Below are positions 1 through 8,667 of a stretch of 64,000 nucleotides of DNA, piece by piece. A model generated the notes under the pieces. It was not told the origin of the DNA, did no database searches, and saw only the letters and a program-made list of their open reading frames with translations. Numbering within the stretch: position 1 is the first letter of the stretch; every line of letters begins with the position of its first letter. This DNA comes from an uncultured bacterium (lineage in GTDB: Bacteria; Auribacterota; Erginobacteria; Erginobacterales; Erginobacteraceae): positions 224,001-288,000 of the forward strand of contig CAWGIE010000026.1 in the NCBI GenBank assembly GCA_963822585.1, given 5' to 3'. Both the position numbers and the translations under genes were made by a program.

Positions 1-4
1 CCCA

Positions 5-66
5 CACCCCAATGGGGTGCTATTTCCGTCTCCCCCCGGATTATGATGTAGTACCCCGTTGGGGTG
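5..66. repeat. Inverted pair of short GC-rich palindromes (REP-doublet-like)
   Basis: CACCCCAATGGGGTGC at 5-20; GTACCCCGTTGGGGTG at 51-66 is its near-perfect reverse complement; each is itself a hairpin. Confidence 0.5.
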
Positions 67-350
67 GAATAACGAAACGTAAACCAGAGTCTCATTAGAA
101 GTGAAACGCCATTCTTATTAATAGTGAGACGCATCATTCAGGGGAGCTAAATAAATGATTTGCTAATAGGTTTCAGCAGCCACGCTCTAAAAGACTTCGG
201 GCTAGCATCTCGGTTTTAGTTCAGACGTCTTATAGGATATCAACTTTCCCCGGGTAAAAATACTGTTAAAATGTATTTAATCCGACCGATCCCGGCGCCG
301 GATATCGATCTGGTCCGCTGCCGGGGAGAGCAATATCTTCCGGAGGAGCC

Positions 351-397
351 TTGACAGTATCGCTCTTTGTGGTAATATATAGACGAAATCCGATATA
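351..397 (+). promoter_or_regulatory. sigma70-type promoter of arsR with overlapping putative ArsR operator
   Basis: TTGACA 351-356, TGn-TAATAT 370-378; ATATAT-N11-GATAT at 375-396, repeated at 779-800. Confidence 0.6.
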
Positions 398-407
398 GTG
401 TGATCCC

Positions 408-752
408 ATGAGACGAATGGAAAAAATCTTCAAGGCAATCTCCGACCGGAACCGCATCCGGATATTGAAGATGCTCGAGGTAAAACCGATGTGCGTCTGC
501 GAAGTAACCCGCATCCTGGGGATCGCCCAGTCGAGCGTCTCACGCCACCTGGGAATCTTAAGAGATACTGGCTTTATCGCCGATGAGAAAGACGGTTTGT
601 GGGTCACTTACTCACTTCAGACAAGTACGGATGACATCATCGCGACGGTAATGACAGGTCTGCGAAGATGGGGGAATGAAGACTCGCAGATAGCCGGGGA
701 TCGGGAGAAAGCCCGGGTGATCAACCGGGAAGAGATCTGTTCGGTAATGTAG
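408..752 (+). CDS. arsR: ArsR/SmtB family metalloregulator
   Basis: FKAISDRNRIRIL, CVCE As(III)-binding motif, QSSVSRHL HTH; heads a cluster containing acr3. Confidence 0.9.
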   Translation: MRRMEKIFKAISDRNRIRILKMLEVKPMCVCEVTRILGIAQSSVSRHLGILRDTGFIADEKDGLWVTYSLQTSTDDIIATVMTGLRRWGNEDSQIAGDREKARVINREEICSVM

Positions 753-778
753 GCATGGATTCATTTTCTTTTTCCCGG

Positions 779-800
779 ATATATCGCTATATGAAGATAT
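779..800 (+). promoter_or_regulatory. Second putative ArsR operator upstream of permease
   Basis: ATATAT-N11-GATAT, same spacing as the motif at 375-396. Confidence 0.5.
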
Positions 801-822
801 GAAGATGTATATAGGAGATTCC

Positions 823-1998
823 GTGAAGCAGTGGCTGACCTTCTTACTGATCCTGGCCGTGTTTCTGCTGGCGTACTTCCTCCCTTTCGGCAACCTGCCT
901 TTCGGAGGGCCGATCAAGGAAGCATTGCTCATGCTTCAGGAGTATGCCCGGCAGCACGTGCTGCTCTGCCTGGTTCCCGCCTTCTTCATTGCCGGAGGGA
1001 TATCGGTCTTTGTTAATCAGCAGGCGGTAATCAAGTACTTCGGGGCCAAGGCGAATAAGGTCCTCGCCTACGGGGTGGCCTCGATTTCCGGGACGATCCT
1101 CGCCGTCTGTTCATGCACGGTCCTGCCCATCTTCTCGGGCATCTACAAGCGCGGGGCAGGGATCGGTCCGGCCACAGCGTTTCTCTACTCCGGCCCGGCC
1201 ATCAACGTCCTGGCCATCATCCTCACCGCCCGCGTTCTCGGGATGGAGCTCGGCGTCGCCAGGGCGGTTGGAGCTATCGTCTTCAGCGTTGTCATCGGTC
1301 TGATGATGCACTTCATCTTCCTCAAGGAGGAACGTGAAAAAGCGGACAACGCGGCGGAGATCGCCTCCGCTGGAGAGGAGGAAGAGCGGCCGCTCTGGAA
1401 GAGCGCCCTCTATTTCGCCGCCATGGTGGGGATTCTGATCTTCGCCAACTGGAGCGGGGCGGCGAAAGGAGAGGGGGGTGTCTGGGATTTCATATTCAAG
1501 ATCAAGTGGGTGCTGACCGGCCTCTTTTTGGCCTGGTTGATCTGGATGTTGATCGCATGGTTCAAGAAGGACGAGCTGGAGGCATGGACCTCGTCCACCT
1601 GGACCTTCGCCAAGCAGATATTGCCTCTCCTCTTTATCGGAGTTTTGGTGGCGGGAGCGCTTCTGGGGCGACCCGGCCACGAAGGGCTGATCCCCTCGCG
1701 GTGGGTGGCGGGTTTGGTCGGCGGGAATTCTCTCTTCGCCAACTTTTTCGCTTCATTTGCCGGGGCGTTGATGTACTTCGCCACCCTGACCGAGGTTCCC
1801 ATCCTCCAGGGGCTGATCGGGGCGGGGATGGGAAAGGGGCCCGCCCTGGCGCTTCTGCTGGCCGGTCCGGCGTTAAGCCTGCCCAACATGCTGGTCATCC
1901 GGAGCGTGATGGGGACAAAGAAGACGCTGGTCTTCGTCACCCTGGTCGTGGTCATGGCCACCGGAACGGGATACTTCTTCGGCACGTTCTGGGGGTAA
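823..1998 (+). CDS. ArsP/DUF318-family permease
   Basis: Multi-TM; AVCSCTVLP, FLYSGPAINVLA, MYFATLTEVP motifs; GTG start at 823 follows AGGAG (ATG 799 is the alternative). Confidence 0.85.
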   Translation: MKQWLTFLLILAVFLLAYFLPFGNLPFGGPIKEALLMLQEYARQHVLLCLVPAFFIAGGISVFVNQQAVIKYFGAKANKVLAYGVASISGTILAVCSCTVLPIFSGIYKRGAGIGPATAFLYSGPAINVLAIILTARVLGMELGVARAVGAIVFSVVIGLMMHFIFLKEEREKADNAAEIASAGEEEERPLWKSALYFAAMVGILIFANWSGAAKGEGGVWDFIFKIKWVLTGLFLAWLIWMLIAWFKKDELEAWTSSTWTFAKQILPLLFIGVLVAGALLGRPGHEGLIPSRWVAGLVGGNSLFANFFASFAGALMYFATLTEVPILQGLIGAGMGKGPALALLLAGPALSLPNMLVIRSVMGTKKTLVFVTLVVVMATGTGYFFGTFWG

Positions 1999-2143
1999 GA
2001 TAAAAAATCTCATGATATTCGACCGAAAACGCAGAGAAAATCTGGAGGAAATATTTTATTAAATCCTTCTGTCCCTTAAGTCCCTTCCACACTCGTGATG
2101 TGAATAAATTGCGCCGAAGGCGCTCATGTAAAAGGAGCCGTTG

Positions 2144-2374
2144 ATGAAGATCGAGATTCTGGGAACCGGATGCCCGAAGTGTCATAAAACCAAAGAAAAC
2201 GTGGAGGCCGCCCTTTCCGAACTGGGGAAAGAAGCGGAAATTGTCGAGGTTAAGGAACTCAATGCCATCGCCGACTATGGAGTAATGCTCACGCCAGCGG
2301 TGGTTGTTGATGGTGATGTGAAGATCGTCGGTAAGGTTCCCTCGGTGGAGGATATCAAGTCATTCATCGGATGA
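2144..2374 (+). CDS. Small thioredoxin-like redox protein (MTH895 type)
   Basis: MKIEILGTGCPKC, GVMLTPAVVVDG. Confidence 0.9.
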   Translation: MKIEILGTGCPKCHKTKENVEAALSELGKEAEIVEVKELNAIADYGVMLTPAVVVDGDVKIVGKVPSVEDIKSFIG

Positions 2375-2431
2375 GAGGGCAAACGACAGGGAAAAAGACA
2401 ATAGGAGATGAGGTCCAGCCGGGGTGCATAT

Positions 2432-2872
2432 ATGGGTAAAACCGCCAAGATCATCATACTGATTGCATTAGTTGTTGCCGTGGGGATCGTGTTTGTTCTG
2501 AAGGAAAAGGATCGGGATTCAGAGCTTGGCTTGACGGTCGCGGACCGCCCGGCCGGAGAAAAAGCGGCCCCCGCCATACCAGGAGCGTTGCCACGGCTCG
2601 TCGATGTCGGGGCGGATAAATGTATCCCCTGCAAAATGATGGCTCCCATTCTGGAAGAGTTGCGGAAGGAATATGCGGGGATTTTCCAGGTTGAATTCAT
2701 TGATGTCTGGAAGAACCCGGCGGACGGGAAAAAGTTCGGCGTTCGGATCATTCCCACGCAAATATTTTTCGATGCGGCCGGGAAAGAACTGTTCCGGCAC
2801 CAGGGCTTCTTTTCCAAAGAAGACATCCTGGCCAAATGGAAGGAACTTGGAATAAAACCGGAAAAAATATGA
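2432..2872 (+). CDS. Membrane-anchored/exported thioredoxin family protein
   Basis: N-terminal hydrophobic helix, CIPC active site, IPTQIFFD cis-Pro loop. Confidence 0.85.
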   Translation: MGKTAKIIILIALVVAVGIVFVLKEKDRDSELGLTVADRPAGEKAAPAIPGALPRLVDVGADKCIPCKMMAPILEELRKEYAGIFQVEFIDVWKNPADGKKFGVRIIPTQIFFDAAGKELFRHQGFFSKEDILAKWKELGIKPEKI

Positions 2873-2907
2873 TCAGATAATTTAATTCGCTTCGCTCATA
2901 CCTTTTT

Positions 2908-2931
2908 CCACTAAGACACCAAGACACAAAG
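2908..2931. repeat. Solo left arm of the CACCAAGA-type 8-mer intergenic element
   Basis: CCACTAAGACACCAAGACACAAAG, similar to arms at 27083 and 52543. Confidence 0.6.
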
Positions 2932-2975
2932 AAAATTCCCAAGCAGTTAACAAAACAAAAGAGGGATGGAGTACT

Positions 2976-3674
2976 ATGCGGGAGCTTTTCACGCAGCTCA
3001 CCCATGCGGTCGAGGGGACGCCGCTGATCGCCCTGGGAGCCTCGTTTCTGTGGGGGATCCTCAGCATCATCCTCAGCCCCTGCCACCTGGCAAGTATCCC
3101 CCTGATCGTCGGGTTCATCGATGAACAGGGACGGATCTCCACCCGCCGGGCGTTTCATCTCTCGTTGCTCTTCGCGGTCGGCATTCTGATCACCATCGGG
3201 GTTATCGGAGCGATCACCGCCGCCGCGGGGAAGATGATGGGGGATATGGGCAGGTACGGGAACTACTTCGTGGCACTTATCTTCTTCGTGGTCGGCCTCC
3301 ATCTTTTAGATGTCATCTCGATGCCCTGGTCGGGTCCCGGACGAGTGGGGATGAAAAGGAAAGGAGCTCTTGCCGCCTTCATCCTTGGATTGGTCTTCGG
3401 GGTCGCCCTCGGGCCATGTACATTCGCTTACCTGGCCCCCCTGCTGGCCGTGACGTTCAAGCAGGCTTCTTCAAACCTGCTCTACGGTCTGTCTCTTCTC
3501 CTCCTCTACGGTCTCGGAAGCTGCTCGGTGATCGTCGCCGCCGGCACGTTCACCGAGGTGGTGCAACACTACCTGAACTGGGCGGACCGGTCACGTGGTG
3601 CGATTGTTTTGAAAAAAATATGCGGTATCCTGGTCATTCTCGGGGGCCTGTATATGATTTATAGTGCGGGGTGA
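2976..3674 (+). CDS. ccdA: CcdA/DsbD transmembrane electron transporter
   Basis: LSPCH and GPCT Cys motifs in a ~6-TM protein. Confidence 0.85.
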   Translation: MRELFTQLTHAVEGTPLIALGASFLWGILSIILSPCHLASIPLIVGFIDEQGRISTRRAFHLSLLFAVGILITIGVIGAITAAAGKMMGDMGRYGNYFVALIFFVVGLHLLDVISMPWSGPGRVGMKRKGALAAFILGLVFGVALGPCTFAYLAPLLAVTFKQASSNLLYGLSLLLLYGLGSCSVIVAAGTFTEVVQHYLNWADRSRGAIVLKKICGILVILGGLYMIYSAG

Positions 3675-3827
3675 TGCGACTCCGGTTGATGGCTGAGGCC
3701 ATTCCTGTCGCGTTTCGTTTTAAATGAGGAATCAAAAGACATCAGAAAATCCCCCCCAGCACTCCAAAGAAGTGCTACATCATTACTACAAAATTGTCTC
3801 GGGGAAAAATTTTAAGGAGGCGAAAAT

Positions 3828-4148
3828 ATGAGACTCTTATCTGAATATTTTCCGGAGTTCGCCGGCAAGTTCGACGAGATCGACGAACTCTACCGGGAGA
3901 AGCGGAGCATCGACGAGAAGACCTATCAGTTCATCTGCCTGGCGCTCTCGATCAAGAACCGTTCCGCCCCCTGCGTGAAAAAACATTTCAAGGGAGCACT
4001 GGAAGCCGGGGCCACCCTGAAAGAGATCGCCTACATCATGGCCCTCACCTTCCGGGAGAGCGCCGGGTCGGACGACTGCTGGGTTCACGATGTCCTGGGC
4101 GACTACAAGAAATTGATCCGGGAAAACATCCAGTGCTGTCCGAAATGA
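3828..4148 (+). CDS. Carboxymuconolactone decarboxylase/AhpD-like protein
   Basis: IDEKTYQFICLAL...CVKKHFKGALEAGATLKEI pattern; strong SD AAGGAGG. Confidence 0.8.
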   Translation: MRLLSEYFPEFAGKFDEIDELYREKRSIDEKTYQFICLALSIKNRSAPCVKKHFKGALEAGATLKEIAYIMALTFRESAGSDDCWVHDVLGDYKKLIRENIQCCPK

Positions 4149-4252
4149 CCTTCCCCGGGAACGCTGAAAACGCATTTGCTCCCGGCAATTGGCGGGAAAT
4201 GAGATAAGAATACTCTGCCGGCGGAGAGAAAATCCTGTTATCCTCGGCAACG

Positions 4253-5473
4253 ATGAAATCCTCCGGAAAAAAGATATCCCGGGGCCTGGGCTTCTTCGAA
4301 AAGTATCTCACTCTCTGGGTCATCCTCTGCATCGGGGCCGGAATTCTTCTCGGCAAGGCCGCTCCCGGCGTGGCCCGATGGCTGGACGGCCTGGCTATCG
4401 GCGTCAAGGGAGCGCCGGTGGTCTCCATCCCGATCGCCCTCTGTCTTTTTTTCATGATGTACCCGATCATGGTCAAGATCGACTTCGGCGGGGTCATCCG
4501 GGCGGGGAAGAGCGGGAAACCGGTTTGGCTGACTCTTTTCGCCAACTGGTGCGTCAAGCCTTTCACCATGTACGCCATCGCCTTCCTTTTTCTGGGCGTA
4601 CTCTTCCGGGGCTTCATCGGCGCCGAGGCCGTCGACCTGGTCAAGATGCCCTTTGGCCTCGATCTTCCGGTCGGAGCTACCCACGGGACGGGGACGGTCG
4701 TGCTGGTGGACGGGGTCAGGATGCTGGAAATCCCGCTCTGGCGAAGCTACCTCGCCGGCTGCATCCTCCTCGGGATCGCCCCCTGCACCGCCATGGTCCT
4801 GGTCTGGGGGTATCTGGCCCGGGGCAACGACTCCCTGACACTGGTCATGGTGGCGATCAACTCCCTGACCATGCTGGCGCTCTATGGGGTCCTGGGCGGG
4901 TTTCTTCTCGGGGTGGGACGGCTCCCCGTTCCCTGGCAAGCCCTGGCGCTTTCGATCGCGATCTATGTGGCGCTGCCCCTGGCGGCGGGCTGGCTGACTC
5001 GAAGCCGGATAATCAAATCCCGGGGAGAAACGTGGTTCAAGGAAAAGTTCCTCCACCTGCTCACTCCGGTCACCGTCACGGCTCTTCTGATCACTCTGGT
5101 GTTGCTATTCTCCTTTAAAGGCGAGGTCATCCTCTCGCGGCCCCTGACCATTCTCTGGATCGCCGTTCCGCTCTTTATCCAGACCAACCTGATTTTCTGG
5201 ATTACCTACGGACTGGCGAAGGTCATCCGCCTCCCTTACCGGGACGCCGCCCCGGCGGCCATGATCGGTGCTTCCAACCACTTTGAAGTCGCCATCGCCA
5301 CCGCCACACTCCTCTTCGGCCTCTCCTCCGGGGCGGCCCTGGCCACAGTGGTGGGGGTGTTAATCGAAGTCCCGGTGATGCTGGGGCTGGTGGCGATCTG
5401 CCGGAGAACAACCGGCTGGTTTTCACCCCAACCGACCGGGGAAGCGGATTATGGGATAAATCATAAGAACTAA
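4253..5473 (+). CDS. acr3: Acr3 family arsenite efflux transporter
   Basis: [44 protein letters not shown]. Confidence 0.95.
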   Translation: MKSSGKKISRGLGFFEKYLTLWVILCIGAGILLGKAAPGVARWLDGLAIGVKGAPVVSIPIALCLFFMMYPIMVKIDFGGVIRAGKSGKPVWLTLFANWCVKPFTMYAIAFLFLGVLFRGFIGAEAVDLVKMPFGLDLPVGATHGTGTVVLVDGVRMLEIPLWRSYLAGCILLGIAPCTAMVLVWGYLARGNDSLTLVMVAINSLTMLALYGVLGGFLLGVGRLPVPWQALALSIAIYVALPLAAGWLTRSRIIKSRGETWFKEKFLHLLTPVTVTALLITLVLLFSFKGEVILSRPLTILWIAVPLFIQTNLIFWITYGLAKVIRLPYRDAAPAAMIGASNHFEVAIATATLLFGLSSGAALATVVGVLIEVPVMLGLVAICRRTTGWFSPQPTGEADYGINHKN

Positions 5474-5506
5474 GCCGTCGCTCTGGCCGGGCGACCGGCG
5501 TAAGAT

Positions 5507-6073
5507 ATGCTGATAGAAAAAATCGCCATTGACCATATTCTCCCCTGTCTGGCCGACCGGGAGAAGATCAGGTTCATCGCCTACCTCGATCAGGACATCT
5601 CCGGAGAGTTTCCTTACCTCAACACCGTCCTGCAGGGGGCGATCTATAACCATGAGGGGAGAACCCTGACTATCAAGAAAGAGGGCAGGTTGATCAGCCT
5701 TCATCCCCGCAAGATAGCGGCCGGGAAGGTACACAACGAGAAGGACGCCCGGGAGGTCGTCGAATGGCTTCAGGGGCTGATCAATCACTGCCACGCCAAC
5801 CGGGAAACAATCGAACCGAATTTCGAGCGCAGGCAGAAGTTGACCGCTCTCGATGTGTATAAGCTTCTGCCGGGAACCAATTGCCAAAAGTGCGGCGACG
5901 CAACCTGCCTTGTCTTCGCGGTCAAGCTCGCCCAGGAGCAAACCGGGGTGATGAACTGCCACCCTCTCTTTTCCGGGGATTACGGCGAGAAGAGGAGCGA
6001 GTTGTTTCGTCTCCTGAAAGCTTCCGGATACGCGATTCCAGGAGCGTTCGCGGAGGAAGAGGGAAAAAACTAA
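5507..6073 (+). CDS. Fe-S cluster-binding protein
   Basis: C-terminal LPGTNCQKCGDATCLVFA...NCHP four-Cys motif; N-terminal LPCLAD. Confidence 0.8.
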   Translation: MLIEKIAIDHILPCLADREKIRFIAYLDQDISGEFPYLNTVLQGAIYNHEGRTLTIKKEGRLISLHPRKIAAGKVHNEKDAREVVEWLQGLINHCHANRETIEPNFERRQKLTALDVYKLLPGTNCQKCGDATCLVFAVKLAQEQTGVMNCHPLFSGDYGEKRSELFRLLKASGYAIPGAFAEEEGKN

Positions 6074-6285
6074 AAAAATGCGAAGAAGTAAATTCCAAAA
6101 CATCGACTTTTTTTACAGCGGGAGAGGAATTGGCGGCCATATTCCGAGGATATATTACTTCATTCCGCGACTTCATCGAAAGAATTACGTATTGCTCCCG
6201 GAATGAGGATACTGATATAAAAAGTCCGGTTGCATTTTCGTCGTGAAGAGATGTCGCAGAGAAGACCGGGGGTAAAAAAAATAAA

Positions 6286-7332
6286 ATGAATCTTAAACTG
6301 GGTTATATCGGGGAACAGTTAGCAGCATATCCGCCCCGACCATATTTTACTGCAGAGCGGCTGAAGATATTCAAGGAGATCGATCGTATCCTGCTTGACG
6401 GCGCACTGACTTCCAAAGGGGGTGAGTTCGACATCGGGGATGAGAACCGGCACGTGAAGGATAATCCGATCCGTGATTTGTACGTTAATCAGATGTTCAA
6501 GGCTATTAAGGAGATCGAAACCTGCACGGTGAAAACGGGCATCGTCATTTGGCAGCTCTATAACATGGGGTATATCGTAAAAACTCCGACCGCGACTTTG
6601 GGTTTTGACGTGGTCCGGGGGCTCCAGAAGTACAACTGGGGATGGGAAATTCCTGATGCGATACCCCGGGAACTGGTTCGTTGCATGGATGTGCTCTTTG
6701 TCACCCACTACGTCGATCATTATCACAAGCATTCCACCACCTGGTGGCATACCGATCACTGCGATCGAAAAATCATTTCCCTGATGCAGGAAGCGGGCAA
6801 GGACGTGCTCCTCCCGAGCGGGAACGAGGACTATTTTAAAAACCAGGAAAATATTGTTTTCGTGGGCGATAACCATCACATTGAACTTCCCGGTATGAGA
6901 ATAAGCGCCTTTATCGGCCCTCATGTCTATCAGGACAACTCTGCAGAAACGCCTTTGCGGGTATACAAGGTGGTGACCGGGGAAGGGAAGAAGATATTTT
7001 TTACCGGGGACTTTGATTACATCACCAAGTCCGCCGTCCCGGATCAAACCGACCTGGACGTGTTATTTCTCCGCTGCGGGGGGGTAAGCCCCTTGTATGA
7101 CGACCAGAATCCCTATGATCTGGGTGACGATGAGGATGCGTTTTTTTTAGGCACGCAGAAATTTCATGCGAAATTCGTGGTCGCCGGGCATCTGGGAGAA
7201 CTGTCGCATCCTCCGGGCGGAGGAAGGGAAAGTTACGTAACCGCGTATAAAATCTTCACTGAGTTCGCGGACAAAGCACGGATAAACCAATTGATCATGT
7301 TCTGGGGGGAGAAATACCATTGTGAAGGATGA
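6286..7332 (+). CDS. Metallo-beta-lactamase-fold hydrolase
   Basis: LYNMGYIVKT, LFVTH...HTDH, IFFTGD, GHLGELSH. Confidence 0.75.
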   Translation: MNLKLGYIGEQLAAYPPRPYFTAERLKIFKEIDRILLDGALTSKGGEFDIGDENRHVKDNPIRDLYVNQMFKAIKEIETCTVKTGIVIWQLYNMGYIVKTPTATLGFDVVRGLQKYNWGWEIPDAIPRELVRCMDVLFVTHYVDHYHKHSTTWWHTDHCDRKIISLMQEAGKDVLLPSGNEDYFKNQENIVFVGDNHHIELPGMRISAFIGPHVYQDNSAETPLRVYKVVTGEGKKIFFTGDFDYITKSAVPDQTDLDVLFLRCGGVSPLYDDQNPYDLGDDEDAFFLGTQKFHAKFVVAGHLGELSHPPGGGRESYVTAYKIFTEFADKARINQLIMFWGEKYHCEG

Positions 7333-7344
7333 AGGAATGTCGGG

Positions 7345-7390
7345 CGGAATTGCCGGCTGCTTCGCTCCGGAATGGGTGGCTACTTTGCTC
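7345..7390. repeat. Two imperfect 23-bp tandem repeats, possible IS-end remnant
   Basis: CGGAATTGCCGGCTGCTTCGCTC / CGGAATGGGTGGCTACTTTGCTC. Confidence 0.45.
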
Positions 7391-7395
7391 CCCCA

Positions 7396-7719
7396 TCAGT
7401 CAAGTCCAAGTTGGACCCGAATGGCCCGTTCAACGGCGGCCACTTCGGCCTGAGAAAGGCACCCAAACCGCTCGATCAGCCGCAACTTGCTGACGGTAGT
7501 CAGTTGGTCTGCCATCGCCTTCTGTTGCCGGCCCCCTACCGATACGTAAGATTCACTGGGATAGAGCCGGTCGACTTTTGTCGTCAATGGAACCACCTGG
7601 ACCCGATTCAGGAACCTGTTGGCTGCGTCGTTGCTGACAATGACCGCAGGTCTTTTCTTTCGGATCTCGCCTCCGATGGATGGATCGAAGTTCACCCACC
7701 AGACTTCACCTCGGTTCAT
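7396..7719 (-). CDS. PemK/MazF family toxin
   Basis: [31 protein letters not shown]; true start is ATG at 7719. Confidence 0.93.
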   Translation of the reverse strand: MNRGEVWWVNFDPSIGGEIRKKRPAVIVSNDAANRFLNRVQVVPLTTKVDRLYPSESYVSVGGRQQKAMADQLTTVSKLRLIERFGCLSQAEVAAVERAIRVQLGLD

Positions 7720-7936
7720 CACTGATCTCCCCCGCCAAATTTTCCGCCCACTCCATTGCCCCGGCCTCGCGGACTTCATCGGCCGCCATCGCACGGTAGC
7801 TCTCCGCCAGGTCTGTCGAAATGACGTGTGGGCGCACCAGTTCCTCGATGAAGCGGCTGATGCGGCGACGGCCGACGGTCTTGTACAGGCCGTCGTAAAC
7901 GACTTTGTCAACGGTTATGGTCAGTTTCTTCTGCAT
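7706..7936 (-). CDS. Cognate antitoxin (RHH-like)
   Basis: 76 aa, [10 protein letters not shown], acidic C-terminus, overlaps toxin start by 14 nt. Confidence 0.85.
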   Translation of the reverse strand: MQKKLTITVDKVVYDGLYKTVGRRRISRFIEELVRPHVISTDLAESYRAMAADEVREAGAMEWAENLAGEISDEPR

Positions 7937-7951
7937 GTCTTTGCCTCCTGC

Positions 7952-7997
7952 ACGTGTTCTACACGTATAACATGCCGTAGAAGTTGGTCTTTGTCAA
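7952..7997 (-). promoter_or_regulatory. TA promoter with palindromic operator
   Basis: TTGACA on minus strand at 7997-7992; ACGTGT-TCT-ACACGT palindrome 7952-7966. Confidence 0.55.
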
Positions 7998-8187
7998 CCC
8001 CCATCCCGTGTCGATAAGGGAACGATTGCTTATACCGAAGTTCTTTTTTATGTTTCAGAAAAAAGTTACCGCCTCTTCCTCCTCCGGACAACCTTCTTTT
8101 TCTTCAGCAGATCTCATCAAGAAATTCTGCCAGTAACCGGAGGGCGGAAAGGCCGGGCAAACGGTCAGGCCGGCGGGAGATCGTGGC

Positions 8188-8415
8188 CTATACGTGATCC
8201 TGGGAACCGGTTTTCAGATAACATTCGAATATGTTGGCCTTGTGCTCATCTTCGAAGTGGATGGAGGCGACCAGCTTCCAGGGGCGATATTTATTGGTGT
8301 GGATGGATTTGCCGACATTATGCTTCGCCAGACGGCGGAGGGGCTCAGATGATTTCCCCGTATATATCCGGTCGGGGCAGGGGATGCTGCGGAGGATGTA
8401 GACGTATTTACTCAT
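8188..8415 (-). pseudogene. Small GIY-YIG nuclease, C-terminally truncated
   Basis: YVYILRS...IYTG...RLAKHN...KYRPW...FECYLKTGS, then an abrupt non-family tail. Confidence 0.75.
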
Positions 8416-8667
8416 GATAAGATTTTCTAAAACAGTCCGCCTTCGCTCGGAGGCTGATACCGTCAGTAAAAATCCGCTTCAGTTTAAAGCCCCTGAACCG
8501 TCAGTTCATGTTTGCCGCTTGCCTTCTTCGCGCGTTTCATCAATAATGACAGCCGTAAACTCATTCTTCACCCCGTAAACGAGGTGATCGCCGGGAAAGC
8601 CCGAAAAGCGAACTCTTCTCAATGAGTTTCCTGGCGGTCACCACTGAGAGTTGCAGCGAGGTGTGTC

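Noticed and set aside
408..6073. Selenocysteine read-through in ars/redox genes
   Set aside because: Redox motifs are encoded by Cys codons; no in-frame TGA at catalytic positions
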